The translations under genes and the position numbers were made by a program. DNA of 64,000 nucleotides, taken from contig JBDOQK010000035.1 of the NCBI GenBank assembly GCA_040437565.1, positions 1 to 64,000 of the forward strand, given 5' to 3'. Position 1 is the first letter of the stretch, and the number at the start of each line of letters is the position of its first letter. Origin of the DNA: Albugo candida (lineage: Eukaryota). Shown piece by piece: positions 1-14,299 of the stretch. The notes below the pieces were generated by a model. The model was not told where the DNA came from and ran no database searches. It saw only the letters and a program-made list of their open reading frames with translations.

Positions 1-275
1 TGACATTCATTCTGACTTTATGACGCTCTCAGCATGTTGAATATCTCAATACAGCGCATTAGCTGTCCGAAGTACTTTATTACGACTGATACACCCTGTC
101 GCATCTACGGAATAAAAAGGCGTCCGAACAGTTTCGCGACTCGAGGAAAACTTTCTTCTTTTTAGACACTACTGTGTCGTCGATAATTAAATTTAAAAAA
201 ATATATTTAGTTATAAAAATAAGACTCTCTCTAAAAATAGCAATTACAATCGTACCCTGGGATCCGAAAGATTTG

Positions 276-2460
276 TTATAAAGGCATTTTGCTATGACAA
301 AGGCTCATATTGGTTCGTGATGATCTCGTGGCATGGGTGCCGGTAATCCAGGTGTACATGTCGTTTACAGAAACAGAATACTGCTTACCTTCTTCAATCG
401 AATTCGAATCATGACCACCTCCAACCTTCATCGATTTTTTGACGAATTTCTTATGGAGTAAGTCGCTCCACAACCGCCCCGAATAGAAATGAAATTCCAC
501 ATATCCTCACATAGTCTGTTTATCGCAAACCTCAACCGAGAACAAAAAACAGCACATCGTGGTATTACTGCTTAGCTCACCAAACAAGTACCGGTCTTCT
601 TCACTTTTAAATCATAGATGAACAATTGTGAAAATCCGTATTGTGAAAAATATTGGCAATCCAAAATCTTTGAAAGTGCTTAAAGTAAACAATGCTGAGG
701 TGCGCAGTTATCGAACCAGACTCGATAGCACGAGTTGTACAGGAACACTCAAGCACTTTTGTGCTACGAATAGCTACACGTTTATTTCAAAGGTCAGTGT
801 GGTCGTCTTCGGGTTGGACTGCTCGAAGTCCTTCATCAAAGGTCTCGAATAATCCGGAAACACTGCGCAGCAATATGAACCAAAAAGTATATTTATTATA
901 TTTTCAAGGTTGTTTGTTCACCATACCAGTCATTTGGGAAGGGTTCGCCAATAGCCATTGGTTTATTGTCCAATAAATATGATGTAGACTGATGTGTACC
1001 NNNNNNNNNNNNNNNNNNNNNNNNNNNNNNNNNNNNNNNNNNNNNNNNNNNNNNNNNNNNNNNNNNNNNNNNNNNNNNNNNNNNNNNNNNNNNNNNNNNN
1101 TAGCTCAAGCATCAAGGAAATACCGCAGAGTAATTTCATCGACTGAATTATAATTACTAGCAAAAACATTCTCATCCGCGGTTATAGACAACTTCGTTCG
1201 TCTTATAAGTTACTACTGCAGATCATTGTCGTCTTCTACTATACAAGACGGAATTGCAGAATAATCGAATGCAACCGCTTGGATTTTCAATTTGGCATAC
1301 GACTTTCAACACTGTCATCTAAAATCTAGGGCGAGTTCAAATGCATAGCATGGTGGCAGCCAAATTATTATAAGATATTAGCGAAAGAGAAGGGCTTCAG
1401 TAGGCAGCCTCTGTTGTGTAATGTGACTGCCAGCGATGCCGCGTGGTTCGTCCTGGGCAAATATAGCAATATTAAAACTATGGAAAACTGACTTAACACT
1501 ACTATCACAGAACTCGCACGGATCAGGTATCCTGACTTTATTCATTACACTTGTGAGAAAGGCAAGAAGCCATTTTTGAAAGCGAAGGAAATCAAATATC
1601 TGAATGAGGAAGACTCTGCACAAGATATTTCGGGAGGAAATGAGAATTGGATTGAAAAAATCTCTGTAAGTTGACAGCTCTACTGTCTAGCATCACCTAC
1701 TAGAAGTGTTGCATCATGCTGAACTGAATGCGTGACATGTTCTTCTATTATAAGAAAGCTGCCACTTATTGATTCTATCAATGGGTGCGTGGAAACAGAT
1801 TCCGTGACAAGAAGCTTAAACATGATTTGACTTCATTTCTAAGGGTGCAACGGTGCTACAGAATAGCAAACATCAAACGAATGTTTTCGAATGTTGAAAG
1901 TTGCTGGTCTCATGAAGACATTTTTAACATGCAAAACGTCTGCATAGAACTTTGACTTAATTATCCAAAAATGTGGTGAAGAACCAGACGGAACCGCAGA
2001 TAGCTGCATATGACTTTATGTATTCGTGATTGTAGCTCTGAAAACATCAATTTACTGAAGTTATTATCAAAGGAAGAGCATTTGTACGATTATGCTACAA
2101 TACGATTGTAAATCATAGTAAAAATATATAGATCCGTACACTCTTAAGCTATCGTTTTCATCACTTATTCGAGGCACTGTTGCCATATAGGTATTTGCTC
2201 GTGTTGCTGAAAGATTCTTATCAATCGGTATGACCAGACCAGATTCAAATATATGGTACCTATGCTATAAATTTGCAATTTGATCGACGTGAAGTGTGAC
2301 ACAAACTGTTCGCAGCTTTATAAATTATCGTTGGCAAAGGAAGCGCCGACGTCCACTATGCAGAGTCCGGAAGAGCAGTAGCTGAAAAGGTAACTAATCG
2401 AGTAAGAAGTAGCCTTCTCGTACTGCGCAATGGACAAGAGAAAAGACGCTGTACGTGGCA
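276..2460 (-). pseudogene. Possible heavily decayed Cys-module (CCG-like) secreted-protein remnant
   Basis: Hand translation of the minus strand gives stop-broken fragments such as FAC*KCLHETS (~1910-1940) and GCIRLFC, resembling the CxxCL modules of the effector at 11866-13910. No intact ORF; boundaries approximate. Confidence 0.2.
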
Positions 2461-3749
2461 TCTACGCTCATGTAAAGAATATTGCCGTGTATAGTAATCA
2501 CGATTCCAGCAGAGTAACACTTGGTGGAAATCAGATAGAATTAAATCAAGGCATCTTTAAGCTGATCACTCAGAGGTGATGCTCTACCAAGGCATCTTTG
2601 TCGTGATCGCTCAAAAGTTATCTTTAGTAGTAGTAATATTGATGTGGGATCTTGCAGGGAAAACTAGTTTATGCTTTATCATCACTTTGAGTTTTTGGAG
2701 CAAAACTAGTGTGATCATCAAAAATTACTACCTAGGGGGCGAGAAAATCAGCCAACCTTGAGACGGTCGAGATTTTCAAGGTTGTGATATTGACTTGACG
2801 GTATGCTATTAGAGATAACTAAAATAGGCTCGATCCAAGGTCATAGCAGTAAAACGTTTCTATAAAATAAAAGTCACTTGGCCGCAAACGCAGACATTAA
2901 TTACCGTATCATCCAGGAAGAGCTAATAGAAGATGATGAAGCCCTCGTCGGCGCACTACAGAGAGCCTTAGAACACATACTATATTTAATACGTACAGCA
3001 ACACTGAAGCAACAGGTTTGCTTTCACCGGATATAAAAAATGACCAACTTAGCACACCAAAGCATGTATTCGTCCCACGAATGCGCGGCCATATCCACTG
3101 CCAGCCAAGTCTCTACATACGAAGCAGCGTATCAGGTGAAAAAACTGAAGCTGAAGTCAAATGTGAGAGACAAACCAGCAAAAACCTGATATCGCCGCCC
3201 GTGAGGCTCATTCTTCAGGAAACGCAGTGCAAGAAAACAACATTCGAATTTCTCACCTATTTAAAGCACCTTATCCTTAAGCTCACTAAGAAGCACTCAC
3301 AGGCCTATAAGATTGATAATCCTGTACTTTAGAAGAANNNNNNNNNNNNNNNNNNNNNNNNNNNNNNNNNNNNNNNNNNNNNNNNNNNNNNNNNNNNNNN
3401 NNNNNNNNNNNNNNNNNNNNNNNNNNNNNNNNNNNNNTATCCTTAAGCTCACTAAGAAGCACTCACAGGCCTATAAGATTGATAATCCTGTACTTTAGAA
3501 GAAGTACTAAGTCTCATATTTTGGGCGAGCGAAATATTGTCAGACAATTGTGTTTCTATGTGTAGCCTGCATTATCAGCTGAGGTAACGATTTATGAGTT
3601 TATTCGTGGACCGAAATCTTCTTTCCATTCATTTCGACTTCTCAAGTAGCCGGCTACTATGTAACCCGCCAATTAAGTAGCAAAAGCTCGAAAATCATCC
3701 TTTCCGATTACTTTTAGCCATTTTATCTCCAAAGAACGGTTCAAGTGGC

Positions 3750-6080
3750 TATATCGACGCAGTCCCAGGTTCTACCGTCTACAATCATTGACGTGGTAAC
3801 GCTCGTGAGTCACCCCGCCTTGAGTGACATCATCAGTGTTGATGATTCATTATTCCTATGCGATGACGTGAAAAGTACTCTAACCCCCGATGTGACGGCC
3901 AGCGTGGTAAAGTTGATACTATACACTGCCTCGTCAGAAGGTGGTTCCAAGGCAACTGAAAGTGGGAACGAAACCAAACATTGCACTCTTACAGACCTTA
4001 TTAGATCGGAAGCGTTTCGGCGCAAAGACAATGCTAGAGCCAAATCGCAATAGCATTGGATCTTCCAAAGCCGAGAGATTCAGATATTTCCGCAATATTT
4101 GAACTTTATGCCCTATAGTATCCGTTTTGGTCCGTTGTGGCTGCCATATTTGATGCAGCACACCCTATCAAGATTTCAAAAGCAATTTTTCCGATAATGT
4201 AAGAAACGTACTCGCACTGATATCACTAACCTCACTCCTCGTGCATCAATGTATCCAGTTTTAGAATCTTTCTTGGATAGTTGCCAAAATGAAGGGATTT
4301 GAGAGTGAAGGTTGTGTCCGTCAACGCGTGTTAACAGCTTCAGTGAACACCGTTCACTGTTCTGGGTGTAAAGTACTTCTACAAGGAGTACGACAATTTA
4401 GTACTCTGGTATTATCTTGCCGTGTTTGGAGTCGGTCTGAAAGTTGGGAAGGAGGTTGTTTTGCCTTGTTGGTACATTCCGAGAGGATATGCCTGGAAAA
4501 GACTGGTTATTTCAACAAGAGGAATTTCTTTGCATCTTCCGCGTTACCAGCAGCATAAGTGCGTAATTTCATGATATGCGAGCAAATCGCATCCGGCAAA
4601 CAACTCTTCCTGGACGAGCTAAGACTGCTCCGATTTTGAAGGAGCTTCCACTTTTTGTTCAGCGTGGTCCATACTGTTTGTATCCAGTAGCCGTTGTACC
4701 ACGCCAACTACAGTTCAAAAAAGACCAAAAAATGTAACCATGCTCGCTTCGACATCGGTGGGTTTCCCAGTTGTTGTACAAAAAGAGTTGGCCAAGAAAG
4801 CGGGGAAGGTCGCTCCGATCAAATATCGCTAAAGTTCAACTTTCCTTCCCACTCACACCTCCGGGAGTCCCACAAACCATGGTGAAGTAACCCCTGCTCT
4901 CCCCCTACTCGAGAACAATTATGTTACACTGAAATTATCCGAACCAGTGGAGTGGGATCGGGATTTGGACATGCGTTTGACCCATTAGTGCAATGGAGTA
5001 AACATGTTGATGAGAACGTCCCATTAAAACGTGATGTGATGTTCCAGAGAATCGCTTTATGGTAGAGGGCGATACAGGAAATGGTTCTCAGTTGTTACGA
5101 AGGCTCTCGCCGTGATGGAACTACTATTTCTGTGTACTGCTTTCCACACATAATGACTGTGTCGAACATCTCACGGATCGGCCGGTAATTTAGATTCCAG
5201 GCCATCATTGCCTATCAATCCCAACGAATGTTCTACTATCGTTGTCACGCCCAGATGTAGGCATCGCCTGTTGATGCCAATGTTGTGCAGTTATATGACG
5301 ATGATTTCTCTGTGATTATATGGATGACCTCTCTGTTGGTACTTCCTTAATCCACGAAAATATAGCAACGCTACATCTTTCGGTTCATGATAGTGACAAG
5401 AAGTTGATTGCCGGTTCACATCAGCGTGCATGCTGAAGGCTCCTAAATTATATCAACGCGCAACAATTTCTCAGCACTCACGATGAATGACAATGGCATT
5501 TTTAGAAGCGGTCATCTGGTCGATTACGTCCTGTCACCATTTTTGATCAGCTGTGTTAAAGAAACCAAGTTCTACGATCACAACGAACTGGCCTCATTTC
5601 ATTTTTATTAGCTTCAAAAATGCAGCAAACATGTTTCTCAATGATCACAACAGCGCTTTTCTCCAGCCGAATCGAAACCGCACAACAGCTGATGCGNNNN
5701 NNNNNNNNNNNNNNNNNNNNNNNNNNNNNNNNNNNNNNNNNNNNNNNNNNNNNNNNNNNNNNNNNNNNNNNNNNNNNNNNNNNNNNNNNNNNNNNNTACA
5801 CCACGTTTAGTGCGCACGTTCGGTACTTTCGAAGACAGTGTTACGAGCAAGACGAACGCATTCGGCTTGCAAAGGTGCTGGATCAACTCGCAACGGAAGG
5901 ATCATTTGGTAGATTTTTCAGAAGCCGAAGATCATTACTGCGGGTACGGCACAGACAAGTCAAAATGCAAGTGCAACTCCGATCCTAGTCCTAGTTGGCT
6001 GGTTCTGCTCACCTTAGTGTGGCGCACACCAATTTGCAGACCACGGTACTTTTGGACCATTTTTACAACTTTACAACTTT
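3750..6080 (-). pseudogene. Decayed RCC1-repeat protein gene remnant
   Basis: Minus-strand fragments SQLGLGSE (~5975-6000), TLASTGDAYIW (~5255-5285) and IMCGKQYT (~5130-5157) match RCC1 repeat motifs (GQLGLG; alt.dG.vy.WG; i.cG..Ht). Many stops and frameshifts; extent uncertain. Confidence 0.35.
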
Positions 6081-6399
6081 ACAGCATTTACAAGCTGGCC
6101 ACAGTCTCGTATTAAGGGTGCTGAGGCTACTACGCTACGAGATTATTAACGAGAAGACATATTATCATCTCTCACAGGTATTTCACGAAACGTTTTATTT
6201 ATGTATATATGTTATTTAAGATAGCCTAGGCAACTAGAGAAGTCAGTTAGTCTAATTCTAGTAATATAGACACCTTCAACTGAGATGAGATTACTGTATG
6301 TATCAGAAGTTGTTTTCGAAAGATGTGCGAAGTATAAAGTAAAAGTAAACGCTACGAATGTACTTTTGTGGCCTACACGACATTGTGGTGCCGTAGAAG

Positions 6400-7885
6400 C
6401 ATTTCAAGAGAAGGAATCAGTCACTGTCAAAGTAGCTTTTGGGGTCTCTTCGGATTAGAATCATCTAAAATGTCCGCGAAGTTACGCCAATTCTTGTGTG
6501 GTGTAAACTCGATGCGCATCAATATACCCAATTATGCTACTTTAGTCGAGCATTGCAAAAAATTATGGGAAAGCGACAAAGCTGCAGGAGCGAGATTGAA
6601 AAAAGATCTTGTAAGTATACATTCAGCAGATCACGTATGAAGTACAGAAGAAGAAAAGTGCTTGGAAGATGTGAAAAAAAGTGCTGTGTAAAATGATGCC
6701 ATTAGCACACCCAAGAGACGAATAGGATATCTGTGTATATACCGAATTTTCACAAAATCACTGGGGAGAGATAGTAGCCCACTTGGATCCAGGGAACATT
6801 GCAAAAGACAAGAACAAACAGTATTATTCTCTTTTGGCGTTATAAGTGGTTATTTCAAAGAGTCAATGCTTAGATGGGCGACAATTAGAAAAGACGCTTT
6901 TGCTATCGTAGAAAAGTAGAGACGTGTAAACGTATAAAAATTGTAATACTATTTGCTGCAGAACGGAAGCGTGAACTTATGTCATGGCGCGGTCCACAGA
7001 TGACAAGCTTCAGCGGTAAGGAATGGTCTTTCAGATCTTTCGGTACACAGTGAAGCGTACATCCGTATCGGGAAACGTCCGGGTAGGCTTAATATTAAGA
7101 CCTCCGTATCAAGAAGTAAAAGTGATTCTTTGGAAAGATTCTGCGCTCTAGCAGCTGGTAGAACGATAGCACCTTTCGAAACAAAGAATTGTAGTGGCCT
7201 CCGCTGAATATGCTAGAGCTGTCCAGCAGAATGCTCAAGTAGTCAACCCGGATAGGAACAAGCTGGTGAAATCTGAGAACAGAGATATCTGGTTGAACAA
7301 GGAAGGATGAATGAGGATTTGGATAATGCAGTAGATTTCCAGCAAAAGTTATGAGTGGTAGCTCATGCGAGGCCAGCGATTCATCGTGGCATCTAAACAA
7401 CATTGCACATACTGTCTAAGACGTGGTGTGGACGAAGATGAGAATAGGTGGGAAAGATTTTGTTGATGAATGTAAACACTTTTTTGTCGCGAATGGGGAA
7501 TAGTAACCCGACATTTTGGTGGAACATTGCGAATAAGACGGCCAAATGAGATAGTACATTTAAATTCCTGTGGACCCAGACAGGGATAAACATTTTTTGT
7601 CAAGGCCTTCTTTTTAAGGATAGTATGAGTACATTTCGGATATTGTACCCACAACGACGGCTACCACAGAAGTGGCCGTCCAAGTACTTTTAGATTTTTC
7701 CAAGCGCTATGGGGTACTTTTACTATGGGTACTATACCAAGTTTCCCATTTCAAGAATGAAGAAATGAGCCGGAAAATGCTAGTAGCGCATCAACATTTT
7801 GTAACAGCATACAGTACAGCCCATGGGCCAAGGGACGGTTGAGGTTATGAATAGACAGCTATCAAGAGTGATGAGATCTCTTTTG
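6400..7885 (+). mobile_element. Degenerate Ty3/Gypsy LTR retrotransposon pol (RT-RNase H linker, RNase H, integrase fragments)
   Basis: KLRQFLCGVNSMRINIPNYA (RT/RNase H linker); SGYFKESMLRWATIRKDAFAIVE (~6845-6915, RNase H W..E(K/D)AFAI); TTEVAVQVLLDFSKRYG, SHFKNE, HQHFVTAY and GTVEVMNR (~7660-7860, integrase core). Many stops and frameshifts. Confidence 0.8.
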
Positions 7886-10800
7886 ACTCTATTTTCGCAA
7901 TAGGGACACTTAAGGAATGCTCTAGCGTTTCGCAATATCTATCACGTCCTTCATATTCATCCACTGGAAAACTAAATCAGAGAACATCAGCCAAAAATAA
8001 ATAGAACGGAGCAGCGGAAGAAATTACATAAGGCGTCGATGTAAGAAACCAGAGTAATCATGGAATATTTTCTCAAGGCCTACGAACGCATGGCAAAAAA
8101 GTATTCTCTATATGATTTTTCATGCGAAAGCACTATATTTTTAATGAAACACTAGCGATTTTGCTCAGATTTGGAGAAGTGTGTTGAGACTGATAAAACT
8201 GTCAGAATACAGAGAATGCAAGACTCGTATGTCACAAAGTGGAGGCTATAGCGAATAAATGGACCAAGCAAGAAGCCTTCATGTCACCGTATCAAATTTT
8301 ACAGATCACGTACATACACCTCTGTACATACAAATCTCTACCGATGCACGTAAAGTTGCTTCTATTTTCGAGAATATGAATAGGCGTAGCAGATTCTTAT
8401 CGATTATATTGACGCATCTGAATGGTTCCAATAAACACATGGCCAATCGAACATATAGGAAGGTTATTCAGAGTGCAGAAACGTAATATGATTGAATTAC
8501 TAAAGGTAAGGCTAGTAGGAAAAGGTGTGTTCGCGAAAACCTTTTAAAATCAAAATGGAGCAAAGATTTGTTAACGTGGGAGTCAACTACTTTGANNNNN
8601 NNNNNNNNNNNNNNNNNNNNNNNNNNNNNNNNNNNNNNNNNNNNNNNNNNNNNNNNNNNNNNNNNNNNNNNNNNNNNNNNNNNNNNNNNNNNNNNTTGAC
8701 TCTATTTTCGCAATAGGGACACTTAAGGAATGCTCTAGCGTTTCGCAATATCTATCACGTCCTTCATATTCATCCACTGGAAAACTAAATCAGAGAACAT
8801 CAGCCAAAAATAAATAGAACGGAGCAGCGGAAGAAATTACATAAGGCGTCGATGTAAGAAACCAGAGTAATCATGGAATATTTTCTCAAGGCCTACGAAC
8901 GCATGGCAAAAAAGTATTCTCTATATGATTTTTCATGCGAAAGCACTATATTTTTAATGAAACACTAGCGATTTTGCTCAGATTTGGAGAAGTGTGTTGA
9001 GACTGATAAAACTGTCAGAATACAGAGAATGCAAGACTCGTATGTCACAAAGTGGAGGCTATAGCGAATAAATGGACCAAGCAAGAAGCCTTCATGTCAC
9101 CGTATCAAATTTTACAGATCACGTACATACACCTCTGTACATACAAATCTCTACCGATGCACGTAAAGTTGCTTCTATTTTCGAGAATATGAATAGGCGT
9201 AGCAGATTCTTATCGATTATATTGACGCATCTGAATGGTTCCAATAAACACATGGCCAATCGAACATATAGGAAGGTTATTCAGAGTGCAGAAACGTAAT
9301 ATGATTGAATTACTAAAGGTAAGGCTAGTAGGAAAAGGTGTGTTCGCGAAAACCTTTTAAAATCAAAATGGAGCAAAGATTTGTTAACGTGGGAGTCAAC
9401 TACTTTGACCGAAGTATTTCAAACAACGAAGGAGAGAAAGTTTTACGTTCATTACAGATCATTACATCAGAAGGTGGGCATTCAGTTATCACCTCAAAGC
9501 AGCGAAAAGGTGAAATCTCCGGTAAGTTAATCAAACTTCTAAATTTCTATTTATCAGCAGCTCTTAACTGGGAGAATTAAGTTCAGGTAAGAAAGCTCTT
9601 GCTTTCATTGTAGTCTGACTGTTGTTGTATTCTAAAAAATGGAATTTTGGCGATTGCAGATATGTTAAGTGAGAGCATTTCATCACACGTAGTCATGCGC
9701 GAGGATTTTAACGTGTATAGATCCAATCTGATACGAAGAAGAAGAGAATAACATCTGACTAGTCTTAATTCTTCGTTGCACCGTCTTGAGGGGAGGTGGA
9801 CATTTGACATCGGCAAGTCGAAGTATCTCGACTGCGATTTGTTGGCTGATGATGTAAGAAAAGCAACTATCTAGAACGAGCAAGGTGGACTCGTGTTAAC
9901 TTTTCACACAATGATTATATAAATATGCATTGCTGGTATGCTGGCAATCGTGAATGCAAGAAGCTACGCCGAGGTGATGACGGTAAAGGGATAAGATTGC
10001 TCGAGTCTAATTAGTATTTTGCCAGCATTCCGCGAGTGTATAGCTGTACGCGTAAGTGCTCGGGAATAACATGCGGTTAGATTCAAGCTTGTCAGAACAT
10101 CTTAAAATTGACCGTTTCATGGCGTTTTCGATGATGCAAATCCACCGAATATTCGAAAGTAATCGTTATTTGGCTTAGGGTTTAGGGTTCAGAGTTGCCC
10201 TGCATTAGTGCGAAAAACGGTCGCTTTTTCCGTTGTTTTGAGGTGAAAATCATCATCGTAAAGAAGACAAGTTATCGTCAAAAGAATATTGCTGGTTTTT
10301 GAGCAATGAATGAGTGGAGGTGCTGGCAGAGAGCTTGAACCTGTTTCAACTAGATAAAAAAACAAAAGCGAAGAAAGATATTCCCTGAGATGAGCCATGT
10401 TTCCGGAGTATGTCCGATAAGCTGAAATCATAGTGCGAATGTGTAGCAATATGTCTCTATCGTTAGAATCAAATTCATTATTTTTTTACTAAGTACACTA
10501 CCAATAGTGTGCATATCCGGCTAAACTAAATGCGTTCGAGCAGTCTTCAGTATTTTAGTTTTTTATCTAAAACTGAGTTGACAGCACTTGATGCGATGGA
10601 AAACACATTTTGATATGGCGAAAGTCATTGGGCACCTTCTAAACATACGGTTTTGAACAACTGGCTGATATGGTCTTACTTGAGTAATTATCGGGATATT
10701 AGTACGGTCTATACTTTTATTTATTGCCTGTGTTGACTTATGCATGTGGTGTGCTATCTCTGAGGTAAGAAAACGTCAACCAATGTAGGACTATGCTTCA

Positions 10801-11865
10801 GCAATACCGGTGCACGTAATTTCCACTCGCTCACGATTCTGTCCAGCGATCGAAAATCTTGGCGGATGTCTTTTACCGCAATACTCACGACACTGCTTCG
10901 ATCTGAGTTGAAATCGCAAAGACGAGGCTAGAAACAGGACCAAGAAGAATTGGTGATTGCGAAATTTTTTATTGTTGAGTTACCCATTACACTTCCATCT
11001 GAAGCACAGATGGAACCGAAAGTTTCGGTTGCACAGACTAAATGAATTTGTAATCCAAATAGTTTACTCCACACAAATTGCTCATATTGGAACGTTACGT
11101 TTCTCACGATTATCAATTTCAATGTTTTCAATTATGCTAGTAAGTTGCATCATAGTCGTCTGCTTCTTTATTGTTCGCGTACCCACCAACCTCAAAGACT
11201 CCGGTAGTGCATTCGTTATGGCCCAAGAGTTACCATTTGATAGAGATAATGCTGATCGAGATGATTTCCGTACGATTTTAGCTTCTTTTATTGGTCGTAT
11301 TAGTCAGATGACACTTGTTTGAGCATTTGTGATAAGAAACCGGGAGCATGTGTCAAAGAAATGGTTTATGGATCATGCCAGGGTCAATTGTTCTTGTTTA
11401 CGCGATCTCCTTAAGACCATCAGCGAAACCTAATGTATTTATGGCTACAAAAATCTCCGAGCAAATATCAGGCTTGTCTGAACTCTAGATCACTTTGTCG
11501 ATAGCAAATCATTTGGTGAAAGTCCATTGGGCATGGTACTCGAGTCATGTCAATGGGCATCCTCACACTTGTTATGGGTATTTTCGAGCCATACCATATA
11601 TTTCTTTCTACAAAATCATGCAGTATTCAATTAAGCGTCTTCGATAGTCCGATTATCATTGCTATCATCCGGAACTCACGAGCGTGGAAAAGCCAAAATA
11701 TTCCTGTAGCAAATTTCTCTTCTTTTATTCCTGCAGCAAATTATCTATATTCCAAAAGACTAACTACAATCATTTTTGTTCCATAACTTTACCCAAACAA
11801 CGCGTATAGAGAAAAATTAGCCGTATCTGTTTGTAGAATCAATTACTTATTATTTCTGCCCAATA

Positions 11866-13910
11866 TCAAGGATTTTCTCTATCACGTGTCATAGGCATGC
11901 GGATATCTGATCTAGTTAGCTGACGGATGCCAGCAGGACGCTCAACCTCTTTTCGGTCACCATTATAGCTTAGACTTGAGCAACGTTTTCCAATACATAT
12001 CCGAAGAATATTAAACGGTGTTGGACGCATCCAAACATAGCCAACAGAAGTAGATTCGGTGTTGTAAGCAAAAAATACTTCTGTGTGCTCAAGTAGACAT
12101 TTTGCACAATCTTCAAATGTCGAGCTCACATACTGAAACTGGACCAAAGCAATTCTATTAGAATACACGGGAGATGAGTTTGGCACACTTCCTGGTTTGG
12201 AATGCGACACGAGATAATGCTTCTGAGAAGGCCAGATCCCCACTGGAACCTTTTTCTGTGTAAACTTCATTGAAGCATCTCGTCCGATCGATTTAGATGA
12301 ATCCGATGATAAGAAAGCTTCATGTTCAGAGCAGAAATGATAAGGGACCTTTTGTGGGCGGACGCATTTGTCATGTGATAACATGTCAGAAGATTCTGCA
12401 ATGACCATTCCGGTAATTTTGAACCAAGCCTCGAAGTGCCAACAAGCGACGACGTTTTAGTGAGGACGTAAGGGTCTCTTTTTGTTGAAAACGCATTTTT
12501 CATGCAATGAAGACAAAGAAATCGACGATCGAGCGCGTAATAAAGAACAATACAATTATTCACCCTTTCATCAAGCATCTCATAGTCAGGCGGCTTCGGA
12601 TATGTCTCTTTGTTCCCGACAGACTCAATACGATACTGCTGACACTTTTCTGGCTCAAGCAGCATGATACTACGGCACTTGTCACATTGCAATCTTCTTT
12701 TGATATCAGACGTTAAAATCATTGCATTCCGCAAGGAAAAAATATTTACCAGCCGGGCGCCTCGCACATTTTTGAGGACAAATCCAATACATTCCCATTT
12801 TTCGCTTGAACGTATAGTAATGTTTATACAAAGTGTCTTTTTGATACGCAATATTTCCAGTGTATTCGAGAAAGAGAATGGAGCGTGGGGAGGTCCAGAA
12901 CCTCTGCTAGCTCTTTGCATTCTTTCGAATGCAGTCACATTAAGTACCTGTCTTATCCTGTTAATATCCATTGTATTCTCTATACGGATCTGATGCTCTT
13001 CATTTAGCCCATACGTCTTTTGTTGCAGCAATGCGCCATGCCTTGGAAATATTGATTCCATGATTTGACAGTCACTCGGATTCCAACTGATAACGTCCAA
13101 ACATAAGCTTTTTCGGCAGTTACTTACTATATCGGATGATCGTAATTGCTGGAAAATACGAGCAACTCGGCTGAGAATTTCCTTGAAAGAAGGGATAATA
13201 TATAGCTTCGAATAGCGAACCATTTGCTGTGCATAGATAAGCATTCTCGGCATACAGCCTGACTTATTGGACCAAAGATGATCATGCATCGAGTCGATGA
13301 GTAACCTATCAGATTCGGCATGTGTTTGTACAAATCTTCTTCTTCTACTGGTTCCAAAACATTCTCACCTTTTTTCGTCCAAGGTTTCTATAGTTAAATC
13401 TAGTCCGAAAAAGACTGGAATGCTACCTTCATTTTTGAGCATCAATTTGAAGAAATTGTGTTTCCAGTCTGTGCTCAACCCAAACGGTATCAATCCAACT
13501 GACATTAGGTCTACCAACGAGAAAAGAGACGTCTCAGTGCTTTCATAACTCCTTGGATGAGTACTAAGCTGAGTAATTGCCATTTTGGGCTCAATAATAT
13601 CGTCATACACAGGCTGACCGACATGTAGATTGCAACGGAATTTACCGTGGCAATAGGGCAAAAACAAACTTAAGATGTCTGAATGGCCCTCGACCCAATA
13701 AAGTCGCAAGTTTTCTTCGGCTCGTAGTAAATATAATTTTGCACATCCCAACGACTTTACTAGGCATTCGAGACATAGTGCATGATCTGCATCCGTAGAT
13801 ATTGAGAGAGGTAATAGCCCGGATTTTGCTGGTAGGTAGGTAGATAGTGCGATTCTATACATGGGCATCAACTCAGCTAGTAGTAATGTGCACAAACTAG
13901 AAATCTGCAT
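11866..13910 (-). pseudogene. CCG/CHxC-type secreted effector candidate, split by about three frameshifts
   Basis: ATG at 13910 begins a hydrophobic leader (MQISSLCTLLLAELMPMYRIALS), followed at residue 46 by CLECLVKSLG, an exact CxxCxxxxxG motif (13746-13775), then LYL. ORF pieces 13365-13910, 13127-13357, 12267-13289 and 11866-12408 abut or overlap in different frames and carry repeated CxxCL modules. Confidence 0.7.
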
Positions 13911-14299
13911 ATTTAAATTCTGAATATGTATTTGTGGGGAATATACCACGAGTGAAGTACCGGTACAAGAACTATACTTTTTATTGACCAATATTAGGCT
14001 TTTACCACGGAAACGTACCGTAAGATATAATCAGCCCAATACGCCCGCAATTGATATTGCAGAGAATGAGATTGTTCGAATTTTGATCGGTATACGTTAT
14101 TACTAGATGACGGGTTGTCCCACAAAGAATGCAATATATATCATATACATTTTGTACTCATATTAAATGAAGCGTTGCCCAACAGATAATGTAGTACATG
14201 ATGTGTACATTTCGAACATAGGCTATCGACTGTTGCAAAATGTGCATATCTGCTTGCAGCATGAATCTGACTGAACTTTCCGTCAAACTCTGCATCCCT

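Noticed and set aside
7884-9407. ~710-bp direct repeat beside Gypsy pol that could be taken for LTRs
   Set aside because: The copies are separated only by the N gap and do not bracket the pol region; assembly overlap.
10174-10188. TTAGGGTTTAGGG telomere-like motif
   Set aside because: Only about two units; compatible with chance.
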